A stretch of DNA of 64,000 bases from Octopus sinensis (taxonomy: Eukaryota): positions 90,334,001 to 90,398,000 of the forward strand of contig NC_043002.1 of assembly GCF_006345805.1 (NCBI RefSeq), read 5' to 3'. The notes under the pieces are model-generated. The model saw nothing but the letters and a program-made list of their open reading frames with translations, did not search any database and was not told where the DNA came from. Of the stretch, positions 61,534 through 64,000 are shown one piece after another. The translations under genes and the position numbers were made by a program. The stretch's first letter is position 1; each line of letters opens with the position of its first letter.

Positions 61534-62087
61534 TGCTTTCCATTCCCTCTGCCACTACTCACATCACTCAGTCACTTCAGACCATCTTGTAGCCTATGTG
61601 TTGGTGGCTACATTGGACCACTTGTGCCGTGTCTATTCCACCTTCTCCTTCCCATCCTGTACTGCCTGCCACCCCACCCCTGTTTCCTCTGATTGTCAGC
61701 ATATTCTTGCTTCTTATTTTCTCATACATCTTGGGCCACAGTCATCACTCTGTCTCCTGGCTTACATAGACCTCTGTCATCCCTGATGCTATCTCAATCA
61801 ATTGTGTTCACTGGAGATACAAATAACTACCTTGGAATACAGAGTACTCCTATCACTCTACCCCTTATCACACATACCCCTTTTCATTATTCTTTTTTGT
61901 TTTTGCCTTTGTCATTCATTCTTCTCACTGCAAAGAGATCAGCAAGTGAGCAGAGACATGGCGTTGTAAAGGCCTTTTGGCCTTGTTGAGGACATGCCTT
62001 CTCTCTAGAGCTGGTATCATGGATAAAGCACTGTGTACACTCTATAAATTGATTGATGTTAGGATAGTTATTCAGCTGCATAATGAA

Positions 62088-62420
62088 GGCACATAGCTCA
62101 GTGATTAGAGCATTGGGCTCACAATCATGAGGTAGTGGGTTCGATTCCTGAACCAGGCAGTGTATTTTTTTCTTAAGCAAGACACTTTATTTCCTGTTGC
62201 TCCAGTTCGCTCAGCTGTAGAAATGAGTTGTGAGGTTACTAGGGCCAAGTAATATCGGCCTTTGCCTTTCCTTTGGATAACATCAATGGTTTGAAGAGGG
62301 AAGGCTGGTATGCATGAGCGACTGTTGATCTTCCATAAACAGCCTTGCTTGGGCTTGTGCTTCAGAGGGTAACTTTCCAGGTGCAATCCCATGGTCATTC
62401 ATGAATGAAGAGGGTCTTAA
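62088..62420 (+). mobile_element. tRNA-derived SINE family E, full length
   Basis: TAGCTCAGTGATTAGAGCA A box, GGGTTCGATTCC B box, CTTAAGCAAGACACTTT core. Confidence 0.85.
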
Positions 62421-62885
62421 ACTCCTTTCCTTATTCAGCTGTAGAAAACAAGTCAAAAATGAAATGGGTGTGAAATGAGGTCCCCTGACCCATGTAGGTA
62501 AGCAGTACCCCCTGAATAAATGCTGATTCAAACATGATGTCCCTGTAACTCAGCAGTTTGGCAAAAAAAGACCAATAGAATATTTAAAAAAAACATAAAT
62601 ACTGGGGTCGATTTATTTAATTAAAAATTCTTCAAGGAGTGTCCCTGCATGATTTCAGTTTAATGACTGAAACAGATCAAAAGTAAAAGATAAGACATAA
62701 CTTCTCAGCATGGAAAGTAGATGCAAAATGATGATGATAACGATGTGTGTGTGTATAAACATATTTTTATACTGAGGCATGATCAACAAATTTCAAGGTG
62801 AGACTGGCAAATAATTTAGCTTCATTTAAGGATAGAGAGAAAATGCATTGCACAAGCTTAAGTGTATTTATCTGGTTCCTTAAAA

Positions 62886-64000
62886 TATTGGGTCATCCCA
62901 TAAATAATATGAGATTTTTACACTTCTTTTATTTTTCAAAATTAAGATAAACGAAGTTCTCTTTTAATCTAAAATATTCTTCTATCTATCTGGTAGACTT
63001 GCAAAGCCCGTCTTTAAAAATTTACTTGTTCATGAGGAAAAATACTCTTCCAGAACTTTTCTGACCTCGTCTACATAATTCACATGTTTTCCATCCTAAT
63101 GATTTTGAAGACTGTGGAATAAATGATAATCAGATGGGGCGATGACCCGCGAATATGGTGGGTAGGGCATCGTTTCCATTCAAACTGCTTCAGCCTTTTG
63201 AATGTCTTCCTTGCTGTATGTGTCCGAGCACTATCCTGATGGAAGAACACCTTTCGCCTTGAAACCGAAGATGGTCATTTTTCTTCTAGCGCTGACTTAA
63301 GCTGCTCAAGCTGTTTGCAGTAGATCCCCTTTGTTATCATTTGGTTTGGGTTTAAAAGTTCAAAGTGGACTAAACCTTTCATATCTCACCAAACAGAAAA
63401 CAACACCTTATGTGGGTGAAGACCTTCTTTAGCCAGGGGTGCTGGTGTTTCTCCTTTCCCTACCCACTGTCTTCGGTACTTGACATTTTTATAGAGAACC
63501 CATTTCTCACCACCAGTCACTATTCAGTTCAAAAAAGGTTCATACATGAGACATGACAGCAAAGCAGAGCACACATTCACTCTCTGCATATGATTAGACT
63601 TGAAAAGTTTGTGAGGAACCCATTGACTCAATTTACTGACTTTTTCAATGGCATGCAGGTGTCGATGGAATGCTGAACGACCAAGTCCAACTTTCTCTGC
63701 TAGTTCCTCAACAGTTATGATGGGATTTCGTTTCACCAGGGTTTGCAGGACATCTTTGTTGAGCTCTACAGATCTTCCAGGATGAGGCCCATCTTCTAGG
63801 CTGTAGTTTCTGGCTCGGAATTTCTAGAACCACCATTGACTCTGGCTTACGCTTATTGTCTTGTTTCATTAACATTCCTCACACTTTCCATTGTGTTGTT
63901 GTCTTTCTTGAACTCATAAAGCAAAATATGTCAAATATGCTCCTTTGTCACTTCCATTATAACTTTGAAAAATAACTGTTAAAATCGAACTGCACTCTTC
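62886..64000 (-). mobile_element. Degraded mariner (D34D) transposon; 5' TIR lies beyond the window
   Basis: Minus strand pseudo-ORF from ATG at about 63957: MEVTKEHI...WVPHKL...IVTGGEKW...HQDSAR...YPPYS...APSDYHLF with stops and frameshifts; TA-TTGGGTCATCCCATAAAT TIR at 62886. Confidence 0.92.

Noticed and set aside
62088-62165. tRNA genes at SINE heads (also 5701, 10867, 29840-29910)
   Set aside because: A/B boxes are present but run directly into SINE bodies, with no intact acceptor stem.

Overview
AT-rich, repeat-saturated eukaryotic DNA. The SINE families, the microsatellite load and the LINE/DNA-transposon mix suggest an octopus (coleoid cephalopod) genome; this is inferred from repeat style, not from a database match. 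There is no long host-gene ORF. Almost every ORF in the supplied track is a microsatellite or SINE translation, so the window is probably large-intron or intergenic sequence with at most a few short candidate exons. Contents: about 30 copies of a CORE-like tRNA-derived SINE (family A); several other tRNA-headed or RTE-tailed SINE families (B-G, my labels); degraded RTE LINE fragments; a degraded D34D mariner running off the right edge; three non-autonomous Helitrons; TTAA MITEs; Penelope-like repeats; local tandem duplications. Most notable: (1) at 60197-61541, a Tx1/L1-clade LINE fragment sits inside the tRNA-like head of a SINE that shares its 3' tail, at a 14-bp motif that also delimits three head-less 183-bp SINE units, suggesting a self-targeting LINE/SINE pair that builds tandem arrays; (2) three minimal type-I hammerhead ribozyme motifs with covarying stem I in Penelope-like repeats; (3) a recursive-splice-site-like AG|GTAAGT, a pre-miRNA-like hairpin and a 241-bp near-perfect palindrome. 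Coordinates were read by eye; boundaries of degraded repeats are approximate.
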